From: Eubacteriales bacterium | Lineage (GTDB): Bacteria; Bacillota; Clostridia; Oscillospirales; CAG-272 | Direction of reading: 5' to 3' | Length of the DNA: 50,058 nucleotides | Assembly: GCA_045586225.1 (NCBI GenBank) | Contig: JAZMZX010000101.1 | Location: 1 to 50,058 of the forward strand | Part shown: in pieces, positions 47,904-50,058 of the stretch | How positions within the stretch are numbered: position 1 is the stretch's first letter | Layout of the letters: every line of letters starts with the position of its first letter | Program-made: the position numbers and the translations under genes | The notes under the pieces: generated by a model | What the model was told of the DNA's origin: nothing | Databases searched by the model: none | Seen by the model: the letters and a program-made list of their open reading frames with translations, nothing else

Positions 47904-48860
47904 ATGGTAGTGTTTTTGGCCGTTTTGGGCGTGGCAGCCCTTCTTGCAACGGCGCTTTACGCTGTGGGCGAGTGTTTTTATAAGGTAGCCTTCAAAAGAT
48001 CCTGCGATCCGCCAAGTGAGCAGAGAGAATATATCGAGAAGCATCTTCGCGGCACCCCGACGGAATATATGATCGGTGAGATCGAGCGCGGCCGACGCCT
48101 GATAAGGGAAGGTGAGAGCGAGCGGGTCACCGTTAAAAGCTACGATGGGCTCACGCTTTCCGCGCGGCTCTTCGCCGCGGCGGAGACGGGGCGCACCGCC
48201 ATTCTCATCCACGGCTACAGAAGCGCAGGCTACGTGGATTTTGCAGGAATATTCAAGGAGCTTATGCCCCGCGGCTACAGCGTGCTTGTGATCGACCACA
48301 GAGCCGCAGGCGAAAGCGAGGGCGAGGCTATTTCATACGGCGCAAAGGAAAGATACGACGTTGAGACCTGGTGCCGATACGTGTCGGAGCGGTTCGGTGA
48401 TGACGAAAAGATCGTGCTTATGGGATGCTCCATGGGCGCATCAACGGCGCTGATGGCATCGGAGCTGCCATACGTGAAGGCGCGCGTGTCGGGAATAATC
48501 GCCGACTGCGGCTACTCCACGCCCCGCGAGCAGTTCCGTTACGTTCTGAAGCGGAGATACCACCTGCCTGAGTTCCCCGTTTTGTGGGTCTCGGAGCTTG
48601 TGTGCCGCCATCGCGACGGCTGGCGCTTCGACGACGCAAGCGCGCCCTGCGCTCTTGCAAACACAACGGTGCCGGTGCTCCTCATCCACGGCGACGGCGA
48701 CAGATACGTTCCCGTGGGCTTCACGCTTGACAATTACGAGGCCTGCGCCTCAAGAAAAGAGCTTCTCATCGTCAGCGGGGCTCCTCACGGGCTCAGCTAT
48801 TGCGTTGCGCCCGAGCTTTATATGGCAAAGGTGGACGAGTTCTTAAATTCGATACAGTAA
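47904..48860 (+). CDS. membrane-anchored alpha/beta hydrolase (same family as 13631..14602)
   Basis: IHGY, GCSMG, IADCGYS, IHGDGDRYVP, GAPHG. Confidence 0.88.
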   Translation: MVVFLAVLGVAALLATALYAVGECFYKVAFKRSCDPPSEQREYIEKHLRGTPTEYMIGEIERGRRLIREGESERVTVKSYDGLTLSARLFAAAETGRTAILIHGYRSAGYVDFAGIFKELMPRGYSVLVIDHRAAGESEGEAISYGAKERYDVETWCRYVSERFGDDEKIVLMGCSMGASTALMASELPYVKARVSGIIADCGYSTPREQFRYVLKRRYHLPEFPVLWVSELVCRHRDGWRFDDASAPCALANTTVPVLLIHGDGDRYVPVGFTLDNYEACASRKELLIVSGAPHGLSYCVAPELYMAKVDEFLNSIQ

Positions 48861-48876
48861 CGGAAGATGAAAGTAT

Positions 48877-49965
48877 ATGCTTGACAACCGAACCAATAAT
48901 GAAAAAAAGCGCGTGCTCCTTGCGATGAGCGGCGGCGTGGACAGCGCAGCGGCGGCTCTCTATCTTGCGGAGGCGGGATACGAGGTCACGGGGATCACGT
49001 TCCTCATGCACGGCGACGGCAGGGAAGCGGAGGAGTTTTTCTCATATAAAGAAGGCAGCGCGTCTCAAAAGGCTAAATCTGTGTGCGATGCCATCGGTAT
49101 CGGCCACCTGACGGGCGACGCAAGGGAAGCCTTCCGCCGCTGCGTTACGGAGCCCTTTGTGGCTGCATACGGCGCGGGAAAGACACCGAATCCCTGCGTT
49201 ATCTGCAACAGAACGGTGAAGCTTCGTTTTCTTCTGGATGCGGCGAACGAGGGTGGCTACGACTATATAGCAACGGGCCATTATTCCGGGCTTTGCACGC
49301 TTCCGAACGGAAGAGTTACCCTTAGTGTTGCCGCCGACAAGAGAAAGGACCAGAGCTATATGCTCTATACCCTCCCGCAATCGGTGCTTTCGAGGCTGAT
49401 TTTGCCTCTGGGGGATAAAAATAAGCCCGAGGTGAGGGAGTACGTCACAGCCCACGGCTTTGAGGTGGGCGGCGATGCCGACAGCCAGGACATCTGCTTT
49501 ATCCCCGACGGAGACTACGCATCTTATATGGAAAGGCAGGGCTTCGTCCACGAAAAGGGAGACTTCATTGACGTGGAGGGGAAGCGGGTTGGCACCCACG
49601 GCGGTTATGCGAGGTACACCACGGGGCAGAGAAAGGGGCTTGGCATTGCCCTTGGCAAGCCTGCGTACGTGATAGGAAAGAGCGCGGAGGCAAACACCGT
49701 CACCGTGTCCACCGACGAGGGAGACCTTTTTGCCCGTGAGATAGAGATCGAAAACGTGTATACTCCGGCCTTTGAAAAAGCGGAAGAGCCCTTCCGCGTG
49801 ACGGCGAAGATAAGATATACGCCGAAAGAAGCGGCGGCTACCGTGTACCCCGGCGGTGAGCGCTGGCGGCTGGTTTTCGACGAGCCGCAGCGGGCGCCTA
49901 CGAAGGGTCAGCACTGCGTTTTCTATGCCGACGGCGTGGTGTTGGGCGGCGGCGAAATTTGCTAG
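48877..49965 (+). CDS. mnmA: tRNA 2-thiouridine(34) synthase
   Basis: AMSGGVDS, TPNPCVICN, IATGHY, KDQSY, DSQDICF, TGQRKGLG. Confidence 0.95.
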   Translation: MLDNRTNNEKKRVLLAMSGGVDSAAAALYLAEAGYEVTGITFLMHGDGREAEEFFSYKEGSASQKAKSVCDAIGIGHLTGDAREAFRRCVTEPFVAAYGAGKTPNPCVICNRTVKLRFLLDAANEGGYDYIATGHYSGLCTLPNGRVTLSVAADKRKDQSYMLYTLPQSVLSRLILPLGDKNKPEVREYVTAHGFEVGGDADSQDICFIPDGDYASYMERQGFVHEKGDFIDVEGKRVGTHGGYARYTTGQRKGLGIALGKPAYVIGKSAEANTVTVSTDEGDLFAREIEIENVYTPAFEKAEEPFRVTAKIRYTPKEAAATVYPGGERWRLVFDEPQRAPTKGQHCVFYADGVVLGGGEIC

Positions 49966-50058
49966 CGCAAAATTCGCAAAAGCGGAGCTTTTCACTTGCT
50001 CAGTGCGCGGTATGCGTCAGAAATGCGTGAAGATTCGCATTCGGCAAAGCCGAACCGC

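Noticed and set aside
49966-50058. Small hairpins after mnmA (for example TTCGGC-AAA-GCCGAA)
   Set aside because: Too short and cut by the window edge to classify.

Overview
Chromosomal window from an anaerobic Firmicute (Clostridia-like gene content, sigma-A promoters, many intrinsic terminators). It has no integrase, transposase, prophage or CRISPR array. From left to right: a partial ADP-ribosylglycohydrolase (ARH) gene that the ORF track misses; a DUF1538/P-II/P-II operon; an acyltransferase plus YfcC transporter; a GNAT remnant; a YczE-like protein; a macrodomain-HTH plus vWA pair with a palindromic site; a MATE gene broken by a nonsense codon; an XRE regulator; a flavodoxin-like oxidoreductase; an alpha/beta hydrolase; a heterodimeric ABC exporter; GH16; an attenuator-controlled pyr operon (pyrC-carB-pyrK-pyrD-pyrF-pyrE-pyrB-pyrI, with no carA); a GH95 lipoprotein; tRNA-Glu(CTC); a Ca2+ P-type ATPase; pncB-pfkB-ruvX; a sugar-acid catabolic operon; GT4-CsaB; an RNHCP protein; an Arc-like protein; a second hydrolase; and mnmA. 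The three best leads are: (1) a probable L-galactose pathway in which an MDR-family enzyme may replace the known aldo-keto-reductase L-galactose dehydrogenase; (2) an in-frame chimeric ORF with a YjbR-like N-terminus, an ARH core and an FtsH-M41-like segment; (3) a macrodomain-HTH/vWA module with a candidate activator site. All family calls come from motif recognition by eye; no database searches were run.
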